From Bacteriovoracaceae bacterium (lineage in GTDB: Bacteria; Bdellovibrionota; Bacteriovoracia; Bacteriovoracales; Bacteriovoracaceae): DNA of 64,000 nt. The notes below the pieces were generated by a model. The model was not told where the DNA came from and ran no database searches. It was given only the letters and a program-made list of their open reading frames with translations. Below are positions 10,080-19,968 of the stretch, piece by piece. Location of the stretch: positions 1 to 64,000 of the forward strand of contig JBFGZE010000006.1 of the NCBI GenBank assembly GCA_041586955.1, read 5' to 3'. The first letter of the stretch is position 1, and each line of letters starts with the position of its first letter. The translations under genes and the position numbers were made by a program.

Positions 10080-10983
10080 ATTGTTTATTGTAAATGATCT
10101 CTTCTAAAGTTGGTTGTTTTTTTAAAATTTGTTTTATTTGAACATTATGGGCCACGGATTGAGAGACAATCTTATCCTTTTGAGCTTCTTCTACTTCTAG
10201 TTGAAGGAGTCGCCCCGATGTATTGATAATAAGTTTCTCAAAGGGCCTAATAAATTCATCCTGTACATCAATGAAGTCAATTATATATTTGTTTTGGGAA
10301 TTATTCTCTAGTAAATCAAGGGTGCTACCGTCATAAATAAGACGACCTTCCTCAAGCACGATGAGGCGGCTTGATATTTCCTCAACATCTTGAACGATAT
10401 GACTACTAAAGAAAATCGTAATTCCCTCTACGTGTAAATCTTTTAATATATCCTTGATATCCTTTCTGCCGACAGGATCTAGCCCCGACAATGGCTCATC
10501 TAAAATAAGTAATCTCGGTGAAGACAAAAGAGAGGATGTAACCCCTAGCCTTTGTAGCATTCCCTTTGAATAGGTACAAATTTTTCGATCAAGAGCAAAA
10601 TCAATGCTCAATCGTTTTGACCATTTTTTAATCTCCCGATTTAACTCTCGGCGAGGCATTTGATTTAATTGCCCCATAAACTGAAGGAATTCCCCACCTT
10701 TTAAATCGGGATAAAAGAAGGGTCTCTCCGGTAAATAACCAATATTTTTTTTGACTTCCAGAGGTGAACGGCCAAGTTTCTCGGAGAACTCCACAGTGCC
10801 ACTCGTGGCCTTGATAAAACCCATTAAGATTTTTAAGCTCGTTGTCTTTCCTGCGCCGTTTGCTCCAAGGAAGCCAGTGATTGAGCCCTCTTCTAAATGA
10901 AAGTCCACACTCGTGAGAGCTGAAAAGGCCTTTTTAGTAATATCCGAATCAAATACTTTGCTTATTCCCTGAAACTTGATCAT
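10069..10983 (-). CDS. pilus-associated ABC transporter ATP-binding protein (Myxococcus-type PilH-like)
   Basis: GANGAGKT Walker A, YSKGMLQR signature, LILDEP Walker B, SSH switch. Confidence 0.9.
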   Translation of the reverse strand: MIKFQGISKVFDSDITKKAFSALTSVDFHLEEGSITGFLGANGAGKTTSLKILMGFIKATSGTVEFSEKLGRSPLEVKKNIGYLPERPFFYPDLKGGEFLQFMGQLNQMPRRELNREIKKWSKRLSIDFALDRKICTYSKGMLQRLGVTSSLLSSPRLLILDEPLSGLDPVGRKDIKDILKDLHVEGITIFFSSHIVQDVEEISSRLIVLEEGRLIYDGSTLDLLENNSQNKYIIDFIDVQDEFIRPFEKLIINTSGRLLQLEVEEAQKDKIVSQSVAHNVQIKQILKKQPTLEEIIYNKQYEL

Positions 10984-10985
10984 CC

Positions 10986-11014
10986 TTGATAACTTTCCTA
11001 ATCGACCTTATAGT
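10986..11014 (+). promoter_or_regulatory. sigma70-type promoter, likely giving a leaderless mRNA for the pilG-like gene
   Basis: TTGATA-17 nt-TATAGT followed 6 nt later by ATG 11021, with no SD. Confidence 0.5.
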
Positions 11015-11020
11015 TTTAAA

Positions 11021-11836
11021 ATGAAATTTACTTCTTTAAGAAATATATTATCATGCACCTTATTGGTCATTTCTTTTTTGGCACTCTCTTATCATTTTAA
11101 TTATAAGCTTATCCCACCAAAGATCAATATTGATAAGCAAAGCTCAGCTTTAAACTTTAAACCTGCTTTTTATGACCTTATTAGCTTGGGCCATAATAAA
11201 ATGATTTCCAGCTTGCTTTGGATCACGACTCTGCTTGAGATGGATCACTCTCATTATAAAATTAGAGATCTTAATTCCTGGATGTATCTTCGCTTTTCAC
11301 AAATTGCGAAATTAGACCCCTATTTTTACGAAAATTATATTTTAGGTGGAACCTTTCTTAGCATTATTAAAGACGATATTATTGGCGCAGAAGAAATACT
11401 AAAGCTTGGCGTTTCATACTACCCCCTCGATTATGGATTAAATTATTATGGGGGTTTCAACGCCTTTTATGAGTTAAAAGATTATGCGCGGGCCATTTTC
11501 TACTGGGAAAATTTAGAGAAGCTCCCCGGTATTCATCAAAAATTCCCGATGCTCAACGGCCTTATCAACAAAGCACGGGCCAATAAAAGTGGTGATCTCA
11601 ATTCGGCCCTAATTTTTATGCAAAATGCCTACGCCAACGAACAAAATGAATTCATTAAAAAGCGCCTCCATAAACAACTTTATGCCATTAAAGCGGAATT
11701 AGATCTCACTTGTCTCAACGAAATACAAGACAATCAAAAATGTTCGCATTTCGATCTTGAAGGCAAACCTTATGTAAAAAAAGAGGGGCGTTATACTGCC
11801 CCTCTAAAATATAAAAGACCAAATTATGGTAATTAA
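11021..11836 (+). CDS. PilG-like (Myxococcus/Geobacter-type) membrane-anchored helical/TPR-like protein
   Basis: N-terminal TM, SLLW, LDPYF..Y..GG.FL, A.EILKLG and A.FYW pattern. Between pilA and the ABC genes. Start moved to ATG 11021. Confidence 0.6.
   Translation: MKFTSLRNILSCTLLVISFLALSYHFNYKLIPPKINIDKQSSALNFKPAFYDLISLGHNKMISSLLWITTLLEMDHSHYKIRDLNSWMYLRFSQIAKLDPYFYENYILGGTFLSIIKDDIIGAEEILKLGVSYYPLDYGLNYYGGFNAFYELKDYARAIFYWENLEKLPGIHQKFPMLNGLINKARANKSGDLNSALIFMQNAYANEQNEFIKKRLHKQLYAIKAELDLTCLNEIQDNQKCSHFDLEGKPYVKKEGRYTAPLKYKRPNYGN
11776..11805 (-). terminator. intrinsic terminator of pilA, embedded in the antisense pilG-like coding end
   Basis: Stem AGAGGGGC / GCCCCTCT with 8-nt loop and a U-tract on the minus strand, about 30 nt after the pilA stop. 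Confidence 0.8.
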
Positions 11837-12402
11837 TAACCAAAAAATTCAATCACTAAAGACTTATTTTCGTCTATCGAAAAATGCGAATACTGGGCTA
11901 CCGCTGCAGCTGAATCTGGAGAAATTGGACCAATGGCCGATACTCTAAATGTTGATCCATCATTGGCAACATTAGCAGCAACGCCACTCACAGGGCCAAC
12001 CCGTCCGAGGTCAGCAACGGCCGCAGAATTCCCTGCAACAATTTTTGAACCTGCAAAACCAAATCCTGCTGCGCCACAACCAGCACCGCCGTTGGCGGTA
12101 ACAATTCCGTTAGCGGCTGCATTTGTTGCTGGAAAACCAACAGCATAATAATTATTTCCACCTACAGATGGATCGACATATCCGGCAAATATTAAACAGG
12201 TGCCAAAACTATCAAAGTCTGTTTGCAATGTCGTCTCCGCAGAATAAACAGCGGCTAATTGTAATTTAGCTTCACTCGTTTTAGATTTCGCTTGATATCG
12301 CTTAAAATTGGGTATTGCCACCGCGGAGAGAATACCAACAATGGCCACAACGACCATTAATTCGACGAGTGTAAACCCATCTTCATTTTTGAGATGCTTC
12401 AT
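11833..12402 (-). CDS. pilA: type IVa major pilin
   Basis: MKHLKNEDG|FTLVELMVVVAIVGILSAVAIPNF class III signal with E5, SEAK motif, two Cys, SD AAGGAG. Confidence 0.95.
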   Translation of the reverse strand: MKHLKNEDGFTLVELMVVVAIVGILSAVAIPNFKRYQAKSKTSEAKLQLAAVYSAETTLQTDFDSFGTCLIFAGYVDPSVGGNNYYAVGFPATNAAANGIVTANGGAGCGAAGFGFAGSKIVAGNSAAVADLGRVGPVSGVAANVANDGSTFRVSAIGPISPDSAAAVAQYSHFSIDENKSLVIEFFGY

Positions 12403-12522
12403 ACGTGCTCCTTATGCTGATAGGTTTATTGAGAAAACCTATTTCGTTAAGAAACGCTATAGTGAACTTATAAAAGAAGAGTTGAGATCCTCAATCAAAC
12501 TTCAAATAACGTTTATAGCTTT

Positions 12523-12550
12523 ATTATAAGGAAAAACCGATATTTACCAA
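12523..12550 (-). promoter_or_regulatory. putative sigma70-type promoter of pilA
   Basis: Minus-strand TTGGTA-16 nt-TATAAT about 120 nt upstream of the pilA start. Confidence 0.4.
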
Positions 12551-12614
12551 GTGCGCAAAAAAGGATCCCTCCTTTGCTCTATATAAAAAGGTCTAATCAT
12601 TTAATTTTATAGGC

Positions 12615-13832
12615 CTAAGCGCCACCTGCACTCATAAACATCGGTAAATACATTGCGACTAGGATTGTGGCAACAATTCCGCCCAAAACGACAATAATAA
12701 TTGGCTCTATTAATTTAGTCATATTTCCAACCAGATCATTGACCTCATTCTCGAATACCTCAGAGACCTTTTCGAGCATCTCACTAATTTGACCGGTTTG
12801 CTCCCCAACCCGAATCATAGAGCTTACCATTTCGGGAAAGTAGTGGATTCGCTTCAAGGGATCAGTCAAAGACTTCCCTTGCACCACTTTCTTACGAACC
12901 ACTCGAATATCATCGGCAATCACCTTATTATCAATTGTTTCAATACAAATATCGAGGGAATCAATAAGCGACACCCCAGAACTGAGCATAGTTGAGAGTG
13001 TTCGCGAAAATTGGGTTAAATTACCTTTTACAACTAGGCCACCAAACAACGGCATTTTAATGATAAAGGCATCAAATCCAGCTTTCCCTGTAGGGGTTTT
13101 AATATAACTCAACAGAAAGAATATAAATACAATGATACCAGCCATTAACACTAAACCGTGGTTAGACAAAAAATCACTTGCATCAATGACCATTTGAGTA
13201 ATCCAAGGGATCTCCTGACCAGAATCTGTTAGCATTGATACAAATTGGGGAACGACAAAAACCATCATGCTCCAAATAACACCAATACCGACAAGAACAA
13301 CAATAGCAGGATAAGTCATCGCTGATTTAATTTGGGCCTTAATCTTTTCTTGTTTTTCCATATGATCAGAAAGTTTAACTAAAATAGTATCTAAGATACC
13401 TCCCGCTTCACCGGCTCGAACTAAATTACAATACAGGCGATCAAAGCCTTGTTGTTTCGCAAGAGCTTCAGAAATAGACTTCCCTTCTCCAACCTCAGTG
13501 GAAATACGCAAAATCGTTTTTTTTAGAACTGGTTGTTTAGTCGCCCGGTGTAGTGTTTCCAAACTATCAAGAATAGGAACACCTGCATTAATCATTGTGG
13601 TTAATTGCTTTGTAAAATTGATGAGATCTTTTTTGGTAAATGGCTGAGAAAGGCCATTCTCAACTATCCATTCAGAAATGTCGAATTCTAAAATAGATGG
13701 GGCCATAATTTTTTTCGGGCGAATACCCTTAACTCGAAGTACCTTTCGGACCTCTTTTTGAGTCTTTGCTTGCACAACCCCTTTTTCAATTTTACCGGAT
13801 TTGTTTATCCCAACATATTTCCAATTCGCCAC
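12615..13832 (-). CDS. pilC: type IV pilus inner-membrane platform protein
   Basis: Two T2SSF domains (FTKQLTTMINAGVP, AGEAGG.LD, GEQTG, IEPIII, AMYLPMF). Confidence 0.96.
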   Translation of the reverse strand: MANWKYVGINKSGKIEKGVVQAKTQKEVRKVLRVKGIRPKKIMAPSILEFDISEWIVENGLSQPFTKKDLINFTKQLTTMINAGVPILDSLETLHRATKQPVLKKTILRISTEVGEGKSISEALAKQQGFDRLYCNLVRAGEAGGILDTILVKLSDHMEKQEKIKAQIKSAMTYPAIVVLVGIGVIWSMMVFVVPQFVSMLTDSGQEIPWITQMVIDASDFLSNHGLVLMAGIIVFIFFLLSYIKTPTGKAGFDAFIIKMPLFGGLVVKGNLTQFSRTLSTMLSSGVSLIDSLDICIETIDNKVIADDIRVVRKKVVQGKSLTDPLKRIHYFPEMVSSMIRVGEQTGQISEMLEKVSEVFENEVNDLVGNMTKLIEPIIIVVLGGIVATILVAMYLPMFMSAGGA

Positions 13833-13835
13833 CTA

Positions 13836-14969
13836 TTATAAACTCCTGATTTTTACACCTAATTGCTTCGCAAGCTCTTCGGGGTTTGTAGAATAACTCA
13901 TCGCTGTATCAATATCAATGATTCCCGAATCAACGAATTTTTTTAGACTTTGATTCATTGTTATCATACCGGTTTTCTCCTGCCCAATTTGCATCTGAGA
14001 ATAAATCTGATGAATCTTATCTTCTCGTATTAAATTTCTAATCGCAGGCGTAGGAATCATAATCTCCATAGAACACACACGTCCCGATTCATAAGATTTG
14101 GTAATCAACTGCTGGGCAACAATCCCCTTAAGAACAAAAGATAAAAGGGTTCGAACTTGTTCCTGCTGATGAGCAGGAAAAACATTGATAATTCGATTTA
14201 CGGTTTGCACACATGAGTTGGTATGCAATGTTCCAAAAACTAAATGTCCCGTTTCCGCAATAGTTAAGGCCGCCTCTATCGTTTCCGCATCCCTTAACTC
14301 ACCAACCAATACAATATCGGGATCTTGTCTTAACAGACTTTTAATCGCTTTTCCAAATGTTAAGGTATCAGACCCCACCTCTCGTTGGTTCACAATACAA
14401 CCTTTATGAGGATGAACAAATTCAATCGGGTCTTCTAATGTAATAATATGCCCTGCTTCATTATTATTTAAACGGTCAAGTAAGGAGGCCAACGTTGTCG
14501 ATTTACCGGAACCAGTTGGTCCAGTAATTAAAATTAAACCATTGCTAACATCAGTCATACCCAATAATACGTTTGGCAAATTGAGGGATTTAAAGTCTGG
14601 AATAATACTTGGAATAACTCTAAAAACAGCAGCGACCCCGCCTTTGGAATAAAAAATATTCGCTCTAAAACGGGCCAATCCCTTAATTCCGAAAGAAAAG
14701 TCTAACTCTAAATTTTTCTCAAATTCGTTCCGTTGCTCTTCAGTGATAACTTGATAAACAAGTCTTTTACTGTCTTCAGCTGTTAAAGCAGGTACCTTAA
14801 CTCGAACAATTTCACCGTTAACCCGCAGACCAGGAGGAGAACCGACAGTCAGATGTAAATCTGAAGCGCTCGACTCTACCATTAATTTGAATAATTGCTG
14901 AACTTTCACGTGTTCACCAATACCCATTTTTTTGGTTTTTGTTTCTGTTATCCCATCATTGTTCGACAT
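13836..14969 (-). CDS. pilT: type IV pilus retraction ATPase
   Basis: ASDLHL, GPTGSGKST, EDPIE, LRQDPD, AETGHLV and AIRNLIRE motifs. Confidence 0.97.
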   Translation of the reverse strand: MSNNDGITETKTKKMGIGEHVKVQQLFKLMVESSASDLHLTVGSPPGLRVNGEIVRVKVPALTAEDSKRLVYQVITEEQRNEFEKNLELDFSFGIKGLARFRANIFYSKGGVAAVFRVIPSIIPDFKSLNLPNVLLGMTDVSNGLILITGPTGSGKSTTLASLLDRLNNNEAGHIITLEDPIEFVHPHKGCIVNQREVGSDTLTFGKAIKSLLRQDPDIVLVGELRDAETIEAALTIAETGHLVFGTLHTNSCVQTVNRIINVFPAHQQEQVRTLLSFVLKGIVAQQLITKSYESGRVCSMEIMIPTPAIRNLIREDKIHQIYSQMQIGQEKTGMITMNQSLKKFVDSGIIDIDTAMSYSTNPEELAKQLGVKIRSL

Positions 14970-14976
14970 ATTAACC

Positions 14977-16653
14977 TCAAAATTTATCCGAAGAGGAATT
15001 CATAACCGCTTCATGTAAGCTAGTTAGGCCCTGTGCCACTTTGGTTAAAGCTGACATTCTTAATGTTTTCATTCCATCTTTAATGGCCTGCTTTTTAATT
15101 TCATCAGAAGATGCATTTTTGAAAATAAGTTCCTTCACAAGGGGGGTCATTCCCATCACTTCATAAATGGCAACTCGTCCCTTATGGCCTGACCCATCAC
15201 AATTATCACACCCAACGCCTTTATAGATGGTCAGTTTTTCTGCACTGGACGGTGCGACTCCACAAGACACTAATTCCTCAGCACTAACATTATCAACTTC
15301 TTTACAGGCACTGCATATCTTGCGACAGAGACGCTGAGCTACGACAACGTTTAAGGATCCTGTTAACAGAAAAGGCTCTATGCCCATATTTAATAATCGA
15401 GTGATAGTAGAGGGGGCATCATTTGTATGTAAAGTTGATAAAACCAAATGCCCAGTCAAGGCCGCTTCAATCGCAATCTCCCCAACCTCGTAGTCCCTAA
15501 TTTCCCCGACCATAATAATGTCGGGATCCTGTCGTAAAAATGACTTTAATGAGCTCGCAAAAGTGAGGCCGACATCCTTGCGCACATTAACCTGGTTAAT
15601 ACCTGCTAAGTTAAACTCGACAGGATCTTCAATGGTACTAATATTAGTCGTAACTTTGTTAAGATCAGATAAGGCCGAGTATAACGTGGTGGTCTTACCA
15701 GACCCGGTTGGTCCAGTGACAAGGCACATTCCATACGGCTTATAAATGCCTTCCTTGAATACTTTTAATTGTTTTTCCTCAAAACCCAATTTCGTCATAT
15801 CCAATTGCAAGTTGGACTGATCTAATAATCGAAGGACTATTTTCTCTCCAAATAAAGTCGGCAGGCTAGAGACACGGTAATCGATTGAGTTGCCACCAAT
15901 TGACAATTTAATCCTACCATCTTGAGGCTTACGCTTTTCGGAAATATCCATTAGGGCCATAATTTTCAATCGTGATATGATTGGTGCCATAAGTTTGCGA
16001 TTAGGCCTAAACTTTTCATGTAAAGTACCATCGACTCGAAAACGAATTCGAAAATCATTTTCGTAGGGTTCAATATGGATATCACTGGCCTTCAAGATAA
16101 AGGCATGAACTAAAACTCGGTTAACATAATCAATTAACTCTTCACCGATATCTTCTTCTCGAATATTCGCATCGGCTTCTTGTTCATTTTCAGATTTAAC
16201 TTGTTTAACAGTACCGAGCAATTCATCAATTGATTCATGGACGCGTTCAAATATACTTGCCCAAGAGGATAAATTAGTAAGAATGAATTCCACAGGATGT
16301 TGAAGAACTGTCTGCAGCTCGGTGCGCAAATCTATTATACTCGGGTCAAAAATGGCCAAGCTTACAGACTTGCCTGTTTTTTGAATTGGTATCGCACGAT
16401 ATTTCACAATATCTTTTTTCTTCATTAACTTAATCGAATGCTCTTTTATTTTTGCGCGCGACAAATCTATAAAAGTAATATCAGAATTATCTGCGACCTG
16501 TTTGGCAAAACGAATATCATCAAAGAAGTCTAAGTCAAGGAGACCCAGTTCATTAACTTTGTTATGACTCTTATCACTCAATAATGGGCGAAGATCTTTA
16601 ACTGGCACCATACCAGTTTTACTGATGACTTCGACAAATTCTTTCCGAAACAT
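14977..16653 (-). CDS. pilB: type IV pilus extension ATPase
   Basis: ASDIHIEP, PQDGR, GPTGSGKT, EDPVE, LRQDPD and a tetracysteine Zn motif. Start placed at ATG 16653 after AAAGGA. Confidence 0.96.
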   Translation of the reverse strand: MFRKEFVEVISKTGMVPVKDLRPLLSDKSHNKVNELGLLDLDFFDDIRFAKQVADNSDITFIDLSRAKIKEHSIKLMKKKDIVKYRAIPIQKTGKSVSLAIFDPSIIDLRTELQTVLQHPVEFILTNLSSWASIFERVHESIDELLGTVKQVKSENEQEADANIREEDIGEELIDYVNRVLVHAFILKASDIHIEPYENDFRIRFRVDGTLHEKFRPNRKLMAPIISRLKIMALMDISEKRKPQDGRIKLSIGGNSIDYRVSSLPTLFGEKIVLRLLDQSNLQLDMTKLGFEEKQLKVFKEGIYKPYGMCLVTGPTGSGKTTTLYSALSDLNKVTTNISTIEDPVEFNLAGINQVNVRKDVGLTFASSLKSFLRQDPDIIMVGEIRDYEVGEIAIEAALTGHLVLSTLHTNDAPSTITRLLNMGIEPFLLTGSLNVVVAQRLCRKICSACKEVDNVSAEELVSCGVAPSSAEKLTIYKGVGCDNCDGSGHKGRVAIYEVMGMTPLVKELIFKNASSDEIKKQAIKDGMKTLRMSALTKVAQGLTSLHEAVMNSSSDKF

Positions 16654-16708
16654 AAAATATCCTTTCAATATCTATTTTTCGGAGATTTATTGAATTTACA
16701 TAAATATT

Positions 16709-17389
16709 TTAATTGATTGACCAATAACGTAGAGCTATTTCGGCCTGCATTCTTAGTAATTCCATACCGTCTCTATAATCACAATTTTCATTGAGGGCCA
16801 TATGAGGTTGAAAGTTGTAATTATAATCATAAAAAACCGAGTCTTTTGGTATGACACCATTAAAAGAAAAGTTACGTGAACAGGTATTTATAATAAGTAT
16901 CTTATCTTTTTGGAAAAATTGGGAACAATCTATATTTTCCAATACCCCATGCGTTTTTCTAGAGATTTGCTCAAATAAAAAATTATTTTTTTCCAAGACC
17001 TCTTTGGTAATATTGGCCATAGTACCAGAGCCCAAAACAAGAATTCCGTTAAAAGATTTTTTTTTAATTAAGCTTGGAAGAATAATATTAAGAGCATCAT
17101 AATCAGTATTTTTGCCAATAATTTCATTATTTTTTTTAATCAAACAATTAATGGCACCAAGCTTTTTCTCACTTTCACCAACCTTCACCTTATTAAGAAA
17201 AAAAGTTTTATAAGGACTTGTAATGGATACCCCCTCATAATTGGTAAATAATTCCTTTAAGGAGCTAATCTCTTCTTCATCAGGAAAATCGAGCAACGTG
17301 TAATCTATCTGGCGTCCAAGTATATTTTCATAGACTTCTTGAGATCGTGAATGAGAGATATTTTTTCCAATTAATGCCAGCTTAGTCAT
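16709..17389 (-). CDS. aroE: shikimate dehydrogenase (compact)
   Basis: SHSRS, TSPYK, GAINC, NTD, VLGSG and DGMELL..QA motifs. Confidence 0.88.
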   Translation of the reverse strand: MTKLALIGKNISHSRSQEVYENILGRQIDYTLLDFPDEEEISSLKELFTNYEGVSITSPYKTFFLNKVKVGESEKKLGAINCLIKKNNEIIGKNTDYDALNIILPSLIKKKSFNGILVLGSGTMANITKEVLEKNNFLFEQISRKTHGVLENIDCSQFFQKDKILIINTCSRNFSFNGVIPKDSVFYDYNYNFQPHMALNENCDYRDGMELLRMQAEIALRYWSIN

Positions 17390-18299
17390 TCAGTTCTCTA
17401 CGCCTTTCAATGTCCAGTTTTATTTGAGTAACAAGAGATTCCAAACCTTCAAACTTTTGTTCCGCCCTTAGAAACTGTATAAATTCAATCTCTATCTCTT
17501 TCGTATAAAGATCAACATTTGCATCTAATAAATGGGACTCAATTTGATATTCATCAATATCACCAAAAGTTGGGTTAATTCCTATATTGGTGACAGCATT
17601 ATATTCGTGGCCATCAGAGTACACCTTTGTAGCGTAAACTCCCAACTTGGGCACTAAAAACTCTTTATCTCTTTTCATATTTGCCGTCGGAATACCGATT
17701 GTGCGCCCTCTTTTCTTACCTTCCACGACAATACCGCGAATTAAAAAAGGTCTCCCCAATAAGTTCTTGGCCTCGTTGACATCACCACGATGAAGAAGGT
17801 TGCGAATCCGAGTAGAATTTACCGCTGAACCATCCTTTTCAAACTTTGATAATTCTTTAACTAAAATATCTTTCTTTGAAAAATAGTTTTTGGCGAAGTC
17901 ATAATTGCCCATTTTTTTATTACCAAAAGTAAAGTCATAACCCAGGAACACACCTTTTAAATTATGATGATCTATATATTCCCTTAGAAAATCATCCGGA
18001 TTTTTTCTCCCTAATTCTATGTTGAAATTAATGATATAAATATAATCAACGCCACATTCGTTTAGAAAATTTACTTTTTGTTGCTCATTGCAAATAAGAA
18101 AATTCGATTTATTTCCTAGAACAATTTGAGGATGAGGAGAAAATGTCGTAACAACCATTTTGCATGAGGTGTTTACAGCAAAAGTTTTAACTTCAGAGAG
18201 CATGGCCTGGTGCCCTATATGAACACCATCAAAATTTCCTATTGTTAAGATAAAATCTTCGTTTATTTGATCTAGTTTATTAATTACTTTGATTTTCAT
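17382..18299 (-). CDS. ribF: bifunctional riboflavin kinase / FAD synthetase
   Basis: TIGNFDGVHIGHQ, NSTRIR, GRTIGIPTAN, GVYA, NIGINPTF and ESHLLD motifs. Confidence 0.96.
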   Translation of the reverse strand: MKIKVINKLDQINEDFILTIGNFDGVHIGHQAMLSEVKTFAVNTSCKMVVTTFSPHPQIVLGNKSNFLICNEQQKVNFLNECGVDYIYIINFNIELGRKNPDDFLREYIDHHNLKGVFLGYDFTFGNKKMGNYDFAKNYFSKKDILVKELSKFEKDGSAVNSTRIRNLLHRGDVNEAKNLLGRPFLIRGIVVEGKKRGRTIGIPTANMKRDKEFLVPKLGVYATKVYSDGHEYNAVTNIGINPTFGDIDEYQIESHLLDANVDLYTKEIEIEFIQFLRAEQKFEGLESLVTQIKLDIERRRELND

Positions 18300-19968
18300 A
18301 AAGGCTTACTAACTCTTTGAAATGGTTTGCGTTAAACTGTAATTTATCCGTACTCTTTTCTTCGGAATAAACTTCTTTTTCACACAAATCAATCAATTTA
18401 GAAAAATATTGTTTAGCGCCATCAGAAAGACCGGAACCATTTACAAGCTCACGAATCGTTTTATCAGCTTCACCTAGATTATTAAGGACTAAAAATAGGT
18501 CTGAGTAGGTTATTCCGTCCTTTTTCATTTTAGTGATAAGCTTGTCCAAGGTTTTGCCATTTAATCGGTCATTAGTCCAGGACTTGATTAAAGGCAATCC
18601 CACTAAAATGAATATTAATGCAATTAGTATAAAATTAATATAATGAGGCCACGAAAGTGAATTGAATAGACCAAGGACAAATACTGGAGAAAGTAGCACT
18701 ACTTTTTCATTATTATCAAAAAGCTCACTTTTTATAACTGCTTCACCATCTTTAGGCAGGGAGCTAACACCACTTGAACTCATTCCAGCGGCCTTAATTT
18801 CAGGCAATAGAACTTCTGTCTCATAATAAGAGGCCTTCTCTGGGTCAAAAAAGGCCAATTTCAGAGGGAAAGATTTAATATTGAATGGTGCTCTTGCCAA
18901 ATAGGTATAATCAAAAGATTTTCGAGCACCATTACCTTTAATAATATCAAAATTACTTTTGGTATCAAATTGTTCAATTGAAGGGTCACTATATAATAAC
19001 GGTGAATCAAAAGTCTCTAAAGCACCGTCACCTTGTATAACAAGACGGGCCTCCATGGCCTCATTCACGACAAATCTATTTTTAGGCATATTAAAAGACA
19101 CTGTGTGCTTCCCAACCAGTCCTGTAAACGATGGCGGAACGCCTTCACTAGGCAATGCTATTACTTTTACATCCACTTTTCGTGATGAAATGCTCTTACT
19201 TTTCATTTTTACGTTTTGAAACCCAAAAACGCCGAAGTTACGGAAGGGATCATTTCTACCTTGAGTAACAAGGTATCCTACTTTCAGACGAATTGGGTCT
19301 ATGCTGTAATTCCCAGGACTTGTTGGGTATATCCGCGCACTATATTGTGGCCGTCTTTTATAGATTACGCCTTGATAAGTAACCGTCTCTTCCTTATTTT
19401 CAGCTTGGTAAAATCTTTTTATAAATTTTTTGAGATCTGGAAACTTCACGATATCGATACTACGTAAATTATGACGATAATAAAGATAATAAGTTACATC
19501 TATCCCCTCTCCTGCAAATACCGTCGTTTTACTTGGAATGGCCATCATAAAGATTTCTTTGGCCTGTCTTTGCTGAGAAAGAACTTTAATATTGACGTTG
19601 TCATGCTTGAACGTCTCTTTGCCAACCTCGACATTAATATTTCGAATCTGGAAGGAACCGGCCCTATCCGCTTGTAATTCATAGACGTATGTCACTTCTT
19701 TAGTTGTACTAAACTTCCCATTAATCAAGGTCGTTTGAATAGAAACACCTTGATTGCTTTTCCCAAGGACATTTGCGCGACCGGGATCAAATGAAATGAA
19801 AGGTTCATCATCTCCGCTAAATTTTATCTTAAAAACAAGATTGAAAGGCTCTCCCTTCACTGGAGTTTGAGGGTCAACAACAACGGTTAAAGCATCTGAA
19901 CTGTAGGCCAACGAAGGTAGACAGAGTAGAAAAATGACAAATATGAGCTCACCAATCTTTTTTCCCAT
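18280..19968 (-). CDS. batD: BatD-family protein
   Basis: Signal peptide, repeated Ig-like beta segments, LP....P.SFTGLVG motif, C-terminal TM. Last gene of the MoxR/vWA operon. Confidence 0.78.
   Translation of the reverse strand: MGKKIGELIFVIFLLCLPSLAYSSDALTVVVDPQTPVKGEPFNLVFKIKFSGDDEPFISFDPGRANVLGKSNQGVSIQTTLINGKFSTTKEVTYVYELQADRAGSFQIRNINVEVGKETFKHDNVNIKVLSQQRQAKEIFMMAIPSKTTVFAGEGIDVTYYLYYRHNLRSIDIVKFPDLKKFIKRFYQAENKEETVTYQGVIYKRRPQYSARIYPTSPGNYSIDPIRLKVGYLVTQGRNDPFRNFGVFGFQNVKMKSKSISSRKVDVKVIALPSEGVPPSFTGLVGKHTVSFNMPKNRFVVNEAMEARLVIQGDGALETFDSPLLYSDPSIEQFDTKSNFDIIKGNGARKSFDYTYLARAPFNIKSFPLKLAFFDPEKASYYETEVLLPEIKAAGMSSSGVSSLPKDGEAVIKSELFDNNEKVVLLSPVFVLGLFNSLSWPHYINFILIALIFILVGLPLIKSWTNDRLNGKTLDKLITKMKKDGITYSDLFLVLNNLGEADKTIRELVNGSGLSDGAKQYFSKLIDLCEKEVYSEEKSTDKLQFNANHFKELVSLYENQSN

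Noticed and set aside
12402..12615. sigma54 promoter or PilR-type control of pilA
   Set aside because: No TGGCAC-N5-TTGC match found and no pilSR in the window. Only a sigma70-like motif is visible.
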